DNA of 32,000 nucleotides from Halorhodospira halophila SL1 (GTDB taxonomy: Bacteria > Pseudomonadota > Gammaproteobacteria > Nitrococcales > Halorhodospiraceae), in assembly GCF_000015585.1 (NCBI RefSeq), contig NC_008789.1, positions 450,001 through 482,000 on the forward strand, read 5' to 3'. This document shows, piece by piece, positions 17,277 to 26,362 of the stretch; within the stretch, counting starts at the first letter, position 1; every line of letters begins with the position of its first letter. Under the pieces are notes generated by a model. It was not told the origin of the DNA. It saw only the letters and a program-made list of their open reading frames with translations, and did not search any database. The position numbers were made by a program, and so were the translations under genes.

Positions 17277-20200
17277 CTAGGCTTCGAACTCCACCAGCAG
17301 ATCCTTGGCCTCGATCTGGCTGCCCGGCTGCACGTGCACGGCCTTCACCACACCGTCCCGCTCGGCGTGCAGCCCCATTTCCATCTTCATGGCCTCGATG
17401 ATCAGCAGCACATCCCCGGCCTTCACGTTCTGCCCCGGGGTGGCCGCCACCGAGGCCACCACGCCGGGCGTCGGGGCACCGACGTGGGCCGGGTTGCCCT
17501 CCTCGGCCTTGGGGGTCTGCACCACCTGCGCCTTGGCCTGGTTGTCCGCCACGCGCACGGTGCGGGGCTGGCCGTTCAGCTCGAAGAACACGCGGCGATC
17601 GCCATCCTCGCCCGGCTCGCTGACGGTCATCAGACGGATCTCCAGCGTCTTGCCGGGATCGATGTCCACGCTGATCTCCTCTCCGGCCTCCATGCCGTAG
17701 AAGAAGTTGCGCGTCGGCAGGGTGCGCACCGGACCGAAGCGCTCACGACGGCGCTTATACTCGGTGAAGACCTTCGGATACATGAGGTAGCCGTTGAGGT
17801 CCTCGTCGTCGATCTCGGCGCCGTCGAGCTCGTCGCTCGCCTGCTGCCGAACCGCCTCCAGGTCCAGGGGCTCCAGGTACTTGCCGGGGCGATCCTGCAG
17901 GGGCTGTTCCCCCTTGAGCGCCTTCTTCTGGATCCCTTCCGGCCAGCCGCCCGGCGGATGCCCCAGGTTGCCGCGGAGCATGTCGATCACCGAATCCGGG
18001 AAGTTCACGTCCACTGCCGGGTCTTCGACCTGCTCGCGGGTCAGGCCCTGGCTCACCATCATCAGCGCCATGTCCCCCACCACCTTGGATGAGGGGGTGA
18101 CCTTCACGATGTCACCGAAGATCTGGTTGGCATCGGCGTAGGCCTGGGCCACCTCGTGCCAGCGCTCCTCCAGTCCCAGGGAGCGGGCCTGGGCCTTGAG
18201 ATTGGTGAACTGCCCGCCCGGCATCTCGTGGAGGTAGACCTCGGACGACGGCGACTGCTGGCCGGTCTCGAAGGCGGCGTAATGGGCACGCACCTGTTCC
18301 CAGTAATTGGAGATCTCGCGGACCGCGCTCATGTCCAGGCCGGTATCCCGCTCCGTGTGCCGCAGCGCCTCGACGATGGAGCCGAAGACCGGCTGGGAGG
18401 TATTCCCGGAGAAGGCGTCCATGGCCACATCGGCCACATCCACCCCGGCATCGGCCGCCGCCAGCACGGTGGCGCCGGCAATGCCGCTGGTGTCGTGGGT
18501 GTGGAAGTGGATGGGCAGCCCCACCTCCTCCTTGAGCGCCCGGAACAGCACCCGCGCCGCCGCCGGCTTGAGCAGGCCCGCCATGTCCTTGACCCCGAGG
18601 ATGTGGGCGCCGGCATCGCGGAGCGCCTTGCCCATCGCCACATAGTACTTGAGGTCGTACTTGTCCCTGCCCGGATCGAGGATATCGCCGGTGTAGCACA
18701 GCGTCCCCTCGCACACCTTCCCCGACTCCAGCACCGCATCCATGGCCACGCGCATGTTCTCGACCCAGTTGAGGCTGTCGAACACGCGGAAGACGTCCAC
18801 GCCGGAATCGGCGGCCTGGTGGACGAAGGCACGGACCACGTTGTCCGGGTAATTGGTGTAGCCCACGCCGTTGGAACCGCGCAGGAGCATCTGCGTCATC
18901 ACGTTCGGCATGGCCTCGCGGATCTGCCGCAGCCGCTGCCAGGGACACTCCTGCAGGAAACGGTACGCGACATCGAAGGTGGCCCCGCCCCAGCACTCCA
19001 CGCTGAACAGTTGCGGCAGGTTGGCCGCGTACGCAGGCGCGACCCGCGCCATGTCGAAGCTGCGCATGCGCGTCGCCAGCAGCGACTGGTGGGCGTCGCG
19101 CATGGTGGTGTCGGTCAGCAACAGCTCCTTGCGACCGGCCAGCCAGTCGGCCACCGCCTGGGGGCCCTGGGCCTCCAGCAGATTGCGGGTGCCCGGCGCC
19201 GGCTCGTCCCGGGGTTCGGGCGGCACCGGCAGCGGCAGACCCGCCGCCGGCTGGGGACGACCGAGGGTCTCCGGGTGCCCGTTGACGGTGATCTCCGCCA
19301 GGTAGGTGAGCAGCCGGGTGGCCCGGTCCCGGCGCTTGTCGAAATCGAACAGCTCCGGCGCGGTGTCGATGAAGCGCGTGGTGTAGCTGTTGTCCAGGAA
19401 TGCCGGGTGCTTGAGCAGATTCTCGACGAAGGGGATGTTGGTGGACACGCCGCGGATGCGGAACTCGCGAAGGGCGCGATCCATCCGCGAGATGGCCTCC
19501 TGCGGCGTGGGGGCCCAGGCGGTGACCTTGACCAGCAGGGAGTCGTAGTAGCGGGTGATGACGCCGCCGGCGTACGCCGTGCCCCCATCCAGCCGGATCC
19601 CCATGCCGGTGGCCGAGCGATAGGCGGTGATGCGACCGTAATCGGGGATGAAGTTGTTCTGAGGATCCTCGGTGGTCACCCGGCACTGCATGGCGTGACC
19701 GTTCAGCCAGAGCGCCCCCTGATCGGCCTTGCCGGTGGCGGCGGCCAGGTGCTCGCCTTCCGCGATACGGATCTGCGCCTTGACGATGTCGATCCCCGTA
19801 ACCTCTTCGGTCACGGTGTGTTCCACCTGGATGCGCGGGTTCACCTCAATGAAGTAGAACGTGTCGGTGTCCATGTCCATGAGGAACTCGACCGTTCCGG
19901 CGTTCTGGTAGCCGACGTGGCGGGCCACTTTCAGCCCCAGATCGCAGACCTCGGCGCGCTGCGCCTCGGTGAGATAGGGCGCGGGGGCCCGCTCCACCAC
20001 CTTCTGGTTGCGCCGCTGCACCGTGCAGTCCCGCTCAAAGAGGTGGTAGAGACCGCCGTGGGTATCCCCCAGCACCTGCACCTCGACGTGGCGAGCCCGC
20101 TCGATCATCTTCTCGAGGTAGCCCTCGCCACTGCCGAAGGCCGCTTCCGCCTCGCGCCGTCCCTCCAGGACCCGGGCCTCCAGCTCCTCGGGCTCACGGA

Positions 20201-20720
20201 TCGGGCGCATACCGCGCCCGCCCCCGCCCCAGGAGGCCTTGAGCATCATCGGGTAACCGATCTCGTCGGCCCAGCGCCGGGCGGCCTCGATGTCGTCGCC
20301 CAGCACCTCGGAGGCGGGAATGACCGGCACGCCCGCTTCGATAGCCACACGGCGCGCACTCGCCTTGTCGCCGAGCGCGCGCATGGTGTCCGCACGCGGC
20401 CCGATGAAGGTGATGCCGGCGGCCTCGCAGGCGTCGACCAGTTCCGGATTCTCGGAGAGCAGCCCGTAGCCCGGGTGCACGGCGTCCGCCCCGGCCATCT
20501 TCGCGACCCGGATGACCTCGTCGATGGAGAGGTACGCCTCCACCGGCCCCATGCCCTCGCCCACCTGATAAGCCTCGTCTGCCTTGAAGCGGTGCAGCCC
20601 GAGCTTGTCCTCCTGGGCGTAGATGGCGACGGTGCGCTTGCCGAGCTCATTGGCCGCACGCATCACCCGAATGGCGATCTCACCGCGATTGGCGATCAGG
20701 ATCTTCTGAAACGGAACCAT
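17277..20720 (-). CDS. pyc: Pyruvate carboxylase (single-chain)
   Basis: Biotin carboxylase N-terminus (ILIANRGEIAIRVMRA), carboxyltransferase core (HFHTHDTSG) and C-terminal biotinyl site (EAMKME). I use ATG 20720 (MVPFQK...). Confidence 0.95.
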   Translation of the reverse strand: MVPFQKILIANRGEIAIRVMRAANELGKRTVAIYAQEDKLGLHRFKADEAYQVGEGMGPVEAYLSIDEVIRVAKMAGADAVHPGYGLLSENPELVDACEAAGITFIGPRADTMRALGDKASARRVAIEAGVPVIPASEVLGDDIEAARRWADEIGYPMMLKASWGGGGRGMRPIREPEELEARVLEGRREAEAAFGSGEGYLEKMIERARHVEVQVLGDTHGGLYHLFERDCTVQRRNQKVVERAPAPYLTEAQRAEVCDLGLKVARHVGYQNAGTVEFLMDMDTDTFYFIEVNPRIQVEHTVTEEVTGIDIVKAQIRIAEGEHLAAATGKADQGALWLNGHAMQCRVTTEDPQNNFIPDYGRITAYRSATGMGIRLDGGTAYAGGVITRYYDSLLVKVTAWAPTPQEAISRMDRALREFRIRGVSTNIPFVENLLKHPAFLDNSYTTRFIDTAPELFDFDKRRDRATRLLTYLAEITVNGHPETLGRPQPAAGLPLPVPPEPRDEPAPGTRNLLEAQGPQAVADWLAGRKELLLTDTTMRDAHQSLLATRMRSFDMARVAPAYAANLPQLFSVECWGGATFDVAYRFLQECPWQRLRQIREAMPNVMTQMLLRGSNGVGYTNYPDNVVRAFVHQAADSGVDVFRVFDSLNWVENMRVAMDAVLESGKVCEGTLCYTGDILDPGRDKYDLKYYVAMGKALRDAGAHILGVKDMAGLLKPAAARVLFRALKEEVGLPIHFHTHDTSGIAGATVLAAADAGVDVADVAMDAFSGNTSQPVFGSIVEALRHTERDTGLDMSAVREISNYWEQVRAHYAAFETGQQSPSSEVYLHEMPGGQFTNLKAQARSLGLEERWHEVAQAYADANQIFGDIVKVTPSSKVVGDMALMMVSQGLTREQVEDPAVDVNFPDSVIDMLRGNLGHPPGGWPEGIQKKALKGEQPLQDRPGKYLEPLDLEAVRQQASDELDGAEIDDEDLNGYLMYPKVFTEYKRRRERFGPVRTLPTRNFFYGMEAGEEISVDIDPGKTLEIRLMTVSEPGEDGDRRVFFELNGQPRTVRVADNQAKAQVVQTPKAEEGNPAHVGAPTPGVVASVAATPGQNVKAGDVLLIIEAMKMEMGLHAERDGVVKAVHVQPGSQIEAKDLLVEFEA

Positions 20721-20786
20721 CCTTTCCCCACGCAAAAAAGAAAACTTTCCGGAGAATACGCGGCGTCGAGGCCTTGGGGAAGCGGG

Positions 20787-21566
20787 TCAGCCCCCTCCCT
20801 GCTCCGCCTCGGGCAGGTAGCGGGCCGCCCAGGCGGCGATCAGTGTCGCGGCGTAACGGGCATCCGCTGCCCGGGTCAGCAGATGATCGGCATCGTCGAG
20901 GGAGATATAGCTCTTGGGGTGCTTGGCGGTCTCAAAGATCCGCCGGGCCTCGCGCACCGGCACGACCTCATCGAGGGGGGCGTGCATAACCAGCAACGGG
21001 CGGCGCAGGTCCGCAATCCGGCTGGCCTGGTCGTGGTTGAGCGTCTCCGTGATGAATGAACGGCCGATGCGGAAGGTTTGACCGCCCAGGTTGACCTCGG
21101 CCTCGCCACTGCGCTCGATCTCCTCGCGCTTGTCACCGAGGTGCTCAAGGACATGATGAGCCTCGAACGGCGCACCAATCGAGCACACCGCACGGCACTC
21201 CGGTATGTCGCCGGCCGCGGCGATGACTGCTGCACCACCGAGGCTATGGCCGACCATGATCCTCACCGGCCGCCCCGAGTCACGCATAAACCCCGCGGCC
21301 GCGATCAGGTCGGCGACATTGGACCGGAAGCCGGTATTGCCAAAATCCCCTTCGCTGTCGCCGAGGCCAGTGAAGTCGAAGCGGAGGGTGGCGATCCCCT
21401 CCTCCGCGAGGGCCGCCGCCAGCCGCGAAGCCGCTTTAATGTCCTTGCCGCAGGTAAAGCAGTGGGCGAACAGCGCGTAGGCCAGCGGCGCTCCATCGGG
21501 CTCGTCGAGCCGGGCCGAGAGCGTGTGGCCCTCGGCACCGGGGAAATCTAAACGCTGGGTGCGCAT
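20787..21566 (-). CDS. Alpha/beta hydrolase
   Basis: Nucleophile elbow GHSLGG, downstream Asp/His, and about 260 aa in length. Confidence 0.8.
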   Translation of the reverse strand: MRTQRLDFPGAEGHTLSARLDEPDGAPLAYALFAHCFTCGKDIKAASRLAAALAEEGIATLRFDFTGLGDSEGDFGNTGFRSNVADLIAAAGFMRDSGRPVRIMVGHSLGGAAVIAAAGDIPECRAVCSIGAPFEAHHVLEHLGDKREEIERSGEAEVNLGGQTFRIGRSFITETLNHDQASRIADLRRPLLVMHAPLDEVVPVREARRIFETAKHPKSYISLDDADHLLTRAADARYAATLIAAWAARYLPEAEQGGG

Positions 21567-21699
21567 CGGCTCCCTTCATGTCCGTGCCAAAGGAGCGTCA
21601 TGATACAGCGCCACGGCCAGCAATCCAGAGGGGTCCGCCCTTTCCGCGAATCAGGTCGGAGCTATCGGAAGAGACGGTGCTGGATGCGCTGATCGGCGC

Positions 21700-22314
21700 T
21701 CAGGGCGCCTCCGCCCCCGGGGCACTCTCGACCGGGATGAGGACCTCGTTCCGGCGCAGGAACCCCGGCGTCATCGGATCATCGTAGTAGGCGTACACCG
21801 GCTCGCCCGCGGCCTCCAGGCCCTGTTCCGCCATCCACGCCCGGAGCCCGCGTTCGTGCTCCTCGACCGTCGAATCGCTGGCACGGCCCGAGAAGCGAAT
21901 GGCCGCCATACGCTGCGCATCGAGCTCGCGCAGGGCGATCTCCTCGCCTGTCGGCCGGGGCAGATCCTCAAGCGTGTACTGCTCCGGCATGATGAAACGC
22001 ACCAGCCAGCGCCCCTCACCTTCCGGCGTCTGGGTCACCGGGGCCGTCATGGCAATGGAATCGCCCTCGCGCTCACGCGCAAAGATGTAACCCGCCAGCG
22101 GCCGGAACCCCGCGCTCACCGCTTCGCCTCGACTGCCGCTGCGCTCGACCTCGGCCACCCGAAGCGCCGGGTAATCCCTCAGCTCGCGGTCACCGTCCTG
22201 CAGAACCACGGTGTAGTCCGGCGTCTCGACACCGCGGACCACGACCCACCAGGCGACGATGGCGCCCACCACCAGAACGACCGCAATACCCAACCCCCAA
22301 TAAACGACCTTCAT
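21700..22314 (-). CDS. SOUL/HBP-family heme-binding protein, membrane-anchored
   Basis: N-terminal TM, then ETPDYTV...YPALRVAEV...FIMP...YDDPMTPGFLRRNEV, which is typical of the SOUL family. Confidence 0.8.
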   Translation of the reverse strand: MKVVYWGLGIAVVLVVGAIVAWWVVVRGVETPDYTVVLQDGDRELRDYPALRVAEVERSGSRGEAVSAGFRPLAGYIFAREREGDSIAMTAPVTQTPEGEGRWLVRFIMPEQYTLEDLPRPTGEEIALRELDAQRMAAIRFSGRASDSTVEEHERGLRAWMAEQGLEAAGEPVYAYYDDPMTPGFLRRNEVLIPVESAPGAEAP

Positions 22315-22467
22315 GATGCACCTCGAGCAGGAGGACGACCCCCATTATGACGGACTTCCAGCGGAGGGCGGATGCCCATGCCGCTCCCTGACTCAGGCTA
22401 GCAGTCCTGCCGCTCTTACCCCCAACCGACGAGGGCGGTGTGGTGCCTCAAGCCAGCGGCGGCCACA

Positions 22468-22740
22468 TTCCACACAATCTGTGGAAAACCGTGTGGAGAA
22501 CGTCGCGCCGATAGGCGCACTCAGGGGGCTTGAGGTCGATTGGATAGATATTGCCCGCCAGCAATCCGCACCATTTTCAGAGACTTACAAACCACGCACG
22601 AAAAGTCAGGCAGTTAGCGCTGTCAACCGGGGGGCTTGTGCAGAATCCACATCCTCGGGGTGGTCGCTCATCGCACTTGTCAATGCCCGGAAGCCCAGGG
22701 CATTGGGTTGACAACGAGTTCTCCGGACCTGGGTGTGTTC
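22468..22740 (+). repeat. Repeat A copy 1 (unassigned structured non-coding element)
   Basis: Aligns with 24223-24497 and 27316-27498. See the findings for the block identities and hairpins. Confidence 0.85.
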
Positions 22741-22834
22741 ACCCGCGAGCTGACCGGATGCGCGACCAGCTGCGCCATATCCAGGCCGCGGGTTGCCGCT
22801 TTCACGGACTTCCGATCACTGATCTCGGGATCCA

Positions 22835-22871
22835 GAATGCTCCTCGTTCGTTGTCCCGTCACGCCGGGACG
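22835..22871 (-). repeat. Repeat B copy 1 (orphan copy of a leader/RBS segment)
   Basis: gaatgctcctcgttcgttgtcccgtcacgccg is identical to 26326-26357. No start codon follows it here. Confidence 0.7.
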
Positions 22872-22938
22872 AGATGCGGCGACTCATGGCACATTGGATG
22901 ACAGAGAGCCGAACCGGCCTTGAGGAGCCACCCCCGGC

Positions 22939-23595
22939 ATGCAGGACAGCAAGCAGGATCCGGCGATCCGCTGGTACCACGAGCGCGCCGAGCGTGTTGC
23001 AGAGGACTACGAGTCGCTCTCGTTCCCGGACGTCCACAACTGGCTCATCTACCGTCTGCCACCCGTTGGCGAAAGCACTGTCCTGGACGTCGGTGCTGGC
23101 TCGGGGCGTGATGCCGCCTGGCTCGCCGAGCGTGGCCACGAGGTGGTCGCCGTCGAACCAGCAGCGGCCCTGCGCCGCGAGGCCGCCCGTCGCCACCCCC
23201 ACCCGCGCATCCGGTGGCTCGACGACCAGCTACCCGGGCTTGAGCACGTCCACCGCCTGGGCCTGTGCTTCGATGCCATCCTGCTCAGCGCGATCTGGAT
23301 GCACGTACCGGAGAGCCAACGCGCCCGCGCCTTCCGCAAGCTCATCACCCTGCTCAAACCGGGCGGCCTGCTCGCCTTTACGCTCCGCCTGGGCCCCGAG
23401 GACCCGGAGCGGGGCCTGCGGGCAGTCTCGGTAGCCGAACTCCGGCAGCTGGCCGCCGAGCACGGGGCCTATGTCGATCACGTCAGCGAGAGCCCCGATG
23501 CCCTGGGCCGGCCGGAGGTCTCCTGGGCCGAGGTCGCCATCCGGCTGCCGGATGACGGCACCGGCCATGATGGAGCACGCCCTCGACTGGCGTGA
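22939..23595 (+). CDS. Class I SAM-dependent methyltransferase
   Basis: Motif I VLDVGAGSGRDAAWLAERGHEVVAVEP and the post-I/II pattern ILLSAIWMHV...LKPGGLL. No DPPY/NPPY-type DNA-methylase motif was seen. Confidence 0.85.
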   Translation: MQDSKQDPAIRWYHERAERVAEDYESLSFPDVHNWLIYRLPPVGESTVLDVGAGSGRDAAWLAERGHEVVAVEPAAALRREAARRHPHPRIRWLDDQLPGLEHVHRLGLCFDAILLSAIWMHVPESQRARAFRKLITLLKPGGLLAFTLRLGPEDPERGLRAVSVAELRQLAAEHGAYVDHVSESPDALGRPEVSWAEVAIRLPDDGTGHDGARPRLA

Positions 23596-24088
23596 GCCGC
23601 AGCGCGATGTCCGTCTTGCCCGCGAACGCATTGAGGCGCTGCGCGAGGCCGGCGAACCGATTTACTGTGTCTGGAGCGGCCGCCTCCTCAGGCAGGCCGC
23701 CTTCGAGGTCGACCACTGCATTCCCTGGGCGGCATGGCCCTGCGATGACCTCTGGAACCTGGTGCCAGCCAACCCCCAAGTCAACGGCAACAAAGGAGCA
23801 AAGCTGCCCGACGCAGCAACCCTTCAGGATGCGGAAGACCGTCTCAAAAGCTGGTGGGAGCGCGCCTGGCAATGCGCACAACACCCAACGCTTGCAGAGC
23901 GTTTCCGGCGCGAAGCCACCGCGACGCTCCCCGGCCTGCGGGATGCCCAGTCGGATGACCTGGACAACATTTTTTCCGCCCTGAATCTGCGCCGCATCCG
24001 GCTCAAGCAGGATCAGCAGATTCCGGAGTGGTGCTACCGACCCCCTCCAAAGCCAGCGGCTTCAGGTGGTGGCCGTCGCCCTGACTGA
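23567..24088 (+). CDS. HNH endonuclease domain protein
   Basis: EVDHCIPWAAWPCDDLWNLVPANPQVNGNKGAKLP contains the HNH D-H...N...N core. ATG 23567 overlaps the methyltransferase 3' end by 29 nt. Confidence 0.8.
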   Translation: MMEHALDWREPQRDVRLARERIEALREAGEPIYCVWSGRLLRQAAFEVDHCIPWAAWPCDDLWNLVPANPQVNGNKGAKLPDAATLQDAEDRLKSWWERAWQCAQHPTLAERFRREATATLPGLRDAQSDDLDNIFSALNLRRIRLKQDQQIPEWCYRPPPKPAASGGGRRPD

Positions 24089-24222
24089 GTGTATGGTCTT
24101 ATCAGCAGGCATGCCTGCCCGCCACGGGGCACTGCGACGACCCGCTGCCGAATGGTCGAGCGCGGGTGATGCTCGAACGACCGCGTCGGGCCTTACCTGA
24201 CCGCGGAGGAGGGCGTGATGAG

Positions 24223-24497
24223 CCTTTCCACAAAACCTGTGGAAAACCCTGTGAAAAAAGTCGCGCCGATAGGCGCACTCAGGGGGCTTGGGGTCGATTG
24301 GACAGATATTATCCGCCACCAATATGCCGCATTTTCAGTTAGTTACACGCCGTCCGCGAAGAGTCAGGCAGTTAGCGCTGTCAACCGGCGGGCTTGTGCA
24401 GAATCCACATCCGCTGGGGGATCGGTCATCGCAACTGTCAATGCCCGGAAGCCCAGGGCATTGGGGCAGCGGCGAGCTCACCGGACCGCAGGTGAGC
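24223..24497 (+). repeat. Repeat A copy 2
   Basis: Compared with copy 1, it has 2 mismatches in a 51-nt block and 1 mismatch in another 51-nt block. Confidence 0.85.
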
Positions 24498-24581
24498 GCA
24501 ACGAACCGTACTCGCATGGCGGCCCCCGAGGAGCGTGCCCCTGCTCGAAGCCTTGCTCTCCGCGCGCTGCCCCTATTAAAC

Positions 24582-24598
24582 TGACAGAAAACCTGTCA
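24582..24598. promoter_or_regulatory. Candidate YefM-YoeB operator palindrome
   Basis: TGACAG-N5-CTGTCA, 15 nt upstream of the yefM ATG and just downstream of the -10-like TATTAA (24574-24579). Confidence 0.4.
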
Positions 24599-24612
24599 CC
24601 TCAGGAGAAGCT

Positions 24613-24876
24613 ATGGAAACCATCAGCTATACGGATGCCCGGAACCACCTGAAGGAGCTCATCGACCGGGTCGGGACAGACCACACCCCCGTGCGGATCG
24701 AGCGCCGCGGGGGTAGCGCAGCCGTCATCATGGCCGAAGAGGACTACACCGGGCTGCAGGAGACCCTGTACCTGCTAGGCAACCCCGCCAACGCCGAGCG
24801 TCTGCGCCAGGCCCGGGCCCGCGGGGAAGAGGATGCGGTGTCGCTGGAGGACGCCAAGGAGAGGCTCGCGCGGTGA
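24613..24876 (+). CDS. yefM: Phd/YefM family antitoxin
   Basis: METISYTDARNHLKELIDRV...PVRIERRGGSAAVIMAEEDYTGLQETLYLLGNPANAERL. Confidence 0.9.
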   Translation: METISYTDARNHLKELIDRVGTDHTPVRIERRGGSAAVIMAEEDYTGLQETLYLLGNPANAERLRQARARGEEDAVSLEDAKERLAR

Positions 24877-25133
24877 GGCAGGTCCTTCTGGACCCAGCTG
24901 CCCTGGAAGACCTCCAGTGGTGGCTCCGGCATGATCACCGCACCGCCCGCAAGATTCTGGACTTGATCGAGGAAGCGGCTCGTAACCCTTTCGAGGGACG
25001 GGGCAAGCCCGAAGCCCCCAAGTTCGAGCTTTCGGGCTGCTGGTCCCGGCGGATCAACCTCGAGCACCGGCTGGTCTATGAGGTGAGCGAGACGTCCATC
25101 CGCGTGCTCGCCTGCCGCTTTCATTACCGGTAG
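24873..25133 (+). CDS. yoeB: Txe/YoeB family toxin (mRNA interferase)
   Basis: GTG start with a 4-nt overlap on yefM. NPFEGRGKPEAPKFELSGCWSRRINLEHRLVYEV...IRVLACRFHY. Confidence 0.9.
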   Translation: MRQVLLDPAALEDLQWWLRHDHRTARKILDLIEEAARNPFEGRGKPEAPKFELSGCWSRRINLEHRLVYEVSETSIRVLACRFHYR

Positions 25134-25335
25134 ATGGTCGCCGAGTCCGCCCGCGGTCGTGGCATCGGTGGAGCGGCAGCGTGCCGCCACTGACAGCGCG
25201 TGGCACCTCAGTTCGGGTTCCGGGCCATGCAGTACAACCGGGTTGTCGCCATCAACGCCTCGGCCATCCGCACCTAGCAGCGCAACGGCATGACGGGGGG
25301 TCGGCCCCCTGCCCGGCGCCTTCCGCCACCCCCGT
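25134..25335 (+). pseudogene. Degenerate 3' fragment of a GNAT acetyltransferase paralog
   Basis: Nucleotide alignment to 27008-27210 of the intact GNAT gene. It has TAG where the intact copy has TGG (25276-25278) and a 1-nt indel near 25295-25310. Confidence 0.8.
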
Positions 25336-25346
25336 GCCCTTCCGGC

Positions 25347-26324
25347 TCAGGTGAGCTTCCAGGAGACCGCCCGGTCGTAGAGCGCACTCTTGCGGATGAC
25401 CAGGCTATTCGGGTCTCCCGCGAGCCAAGGGACGTCGCCTTCACCTCCAGCCTCCTCGACGAGCCCGAAAGGCATCGCGAAGCGCAGCACGGTGCGGACC
25501 GACCAGCAGCTCTCCACAACCCGCTCGGCGCGCTCGCCCGGCAACAGCCCCCCGTCACCGACCTCCTGAAGGGCCGCCGGGAAGGCCTGCACGAAGCACT
25601 GCTGGTAGAACGGGACCGGCCGCGGCTCGTCGCCGAAGCGATGGAGGAGATACAGGAAAAAGCCGAACGAGTCCTGCACGATCCGCAGATCGGGCCAGCC
25701 ATCGGCATACGCCCAGTTGAACTGACGGCAATAGGCCTGGAGCAGCGCATCGTAGATCGCCGCCCACTCGCCCTTGCGAAAGCGCTTCTGCGTCGCACGG
25801 GTCGCCTTGAGCCGCCCGCGCTCCTTGCGCGTGAACCGGGCCAGGCCAGCCGTGACCTTGATGAGGTGGAGCTCGAGGAAGTCGTCCTCGTTGCGGATCA
25901 CACCCGGCAGCCACTCCCGCTTGAGCCCTTCCGCCTCCAGCGCCTGCTTGGCCTCGAGGACCACAGCACGCGGCAGGTTCCCCTTGGCCGTCAGCTTGAT
26001 CCCGCCCTCGCCGGCCGCCTCGACGATGACCTCCAGGAGCCGGAACGCCGCCGCAGCGGGGCGCGCCTCGATGCCCTCGGCGAAGCGCACCAGATCCGGG
26101 GCGTCGAACGGCGCATAGAGAAGCCAGTGCATCTGCTCTCGGGAGAGCCCCTGAAAATCGGCCACCGGCGACTGATTGAGTTCGGCCACCTTCTCCGCTA
26201 CAGCATCCCGCAGCTCCTGCTCGGAGGAGAACGGCTGATCGCCGAGGGCACGCTCAATCTCCGAGCGGATCGCATCGATGGGCGAGGGACGATCGTCGTT
26301 GGAAGATGAGTGGCCACTGCCCAT
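25347..26324 (-). CDS. Hypothetical protein (325 aa), no family recognised
   Basis: Long ORF with coding-like composition. ATG 26324 lies 9 nt after GAGGAG inside repeat B. The longer start in the track is upstream of the RBS. Confidence 0.7.
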   Translation of the reverse strand: MGSGHSSSNDDRPSPIDAIRSEIERALGDQPFSSEQELRDAVAEKVAELNQSPVADFQGLSREQMHWLLYAPFDAPDLVRFAEGIEARPAAAAFRLLEVIVEAAGEGGIKLTAKGNLPRAVVLEAKQALEAEGLKREWLPGVIRNEDDFLELHLIKVTAGLARFTRKERGRLKATRATQKRFRKGEWAAIYDALLQAYCRQFNWAYADGWPDLRIVQDSFGFFLYLLHRFGDEPRPVPFYQQCFVQAFPAALQEVGDGGLLPGERAERVVESCWSVRTVLRFAMPFGLVEEAGGEGDVPWLAGDPNSLVIRKSALYDRAVSWKLT

Positions 26325-26325
26325 T

Positions 26326-26362
26326 GAATGCTCCTCGTTCGTTGTCCCGTCACGCCGCGACG
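26326..26362 (-). repeat. Repeat B copy 2 (leader/RBS of 25347-26324)
   Basis: On the minus strand it reads CGTCGCGGCGTGACGGGACAACGAACGAGGAGCATTC, followed by A-ATG. Confidence 0.7.

Noticed and set aside
15203-21059. Very long alternative-frame or antisense ORFs (15203-16591 minus, 18112-19686 minus, 18156-21059 plus, and many ORFs of 60-250 aa throughout the window, for example 54-779, 1198-1899 and 9511-10149).
   Set aside because: They overlap genes with strong family signatures (TBDR, pyruvate carboxylase, TetR). Their products are Arg/Pro/Gly/Ala-rich low-complexity sequence, as expected for shadow ORFs in high-GC DNA.
22468-22500. The DnaA-box-like triplet at the 5' end of each repeat A, taken as a replication origin.
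   Set aside because: The motif occurs three times within 5 kb, lacks an adjacent AT-rich unwinding element, and has no dnaA/dnaN or rep gene nearby. A palindromic binding site for another protein is an equally good reading.
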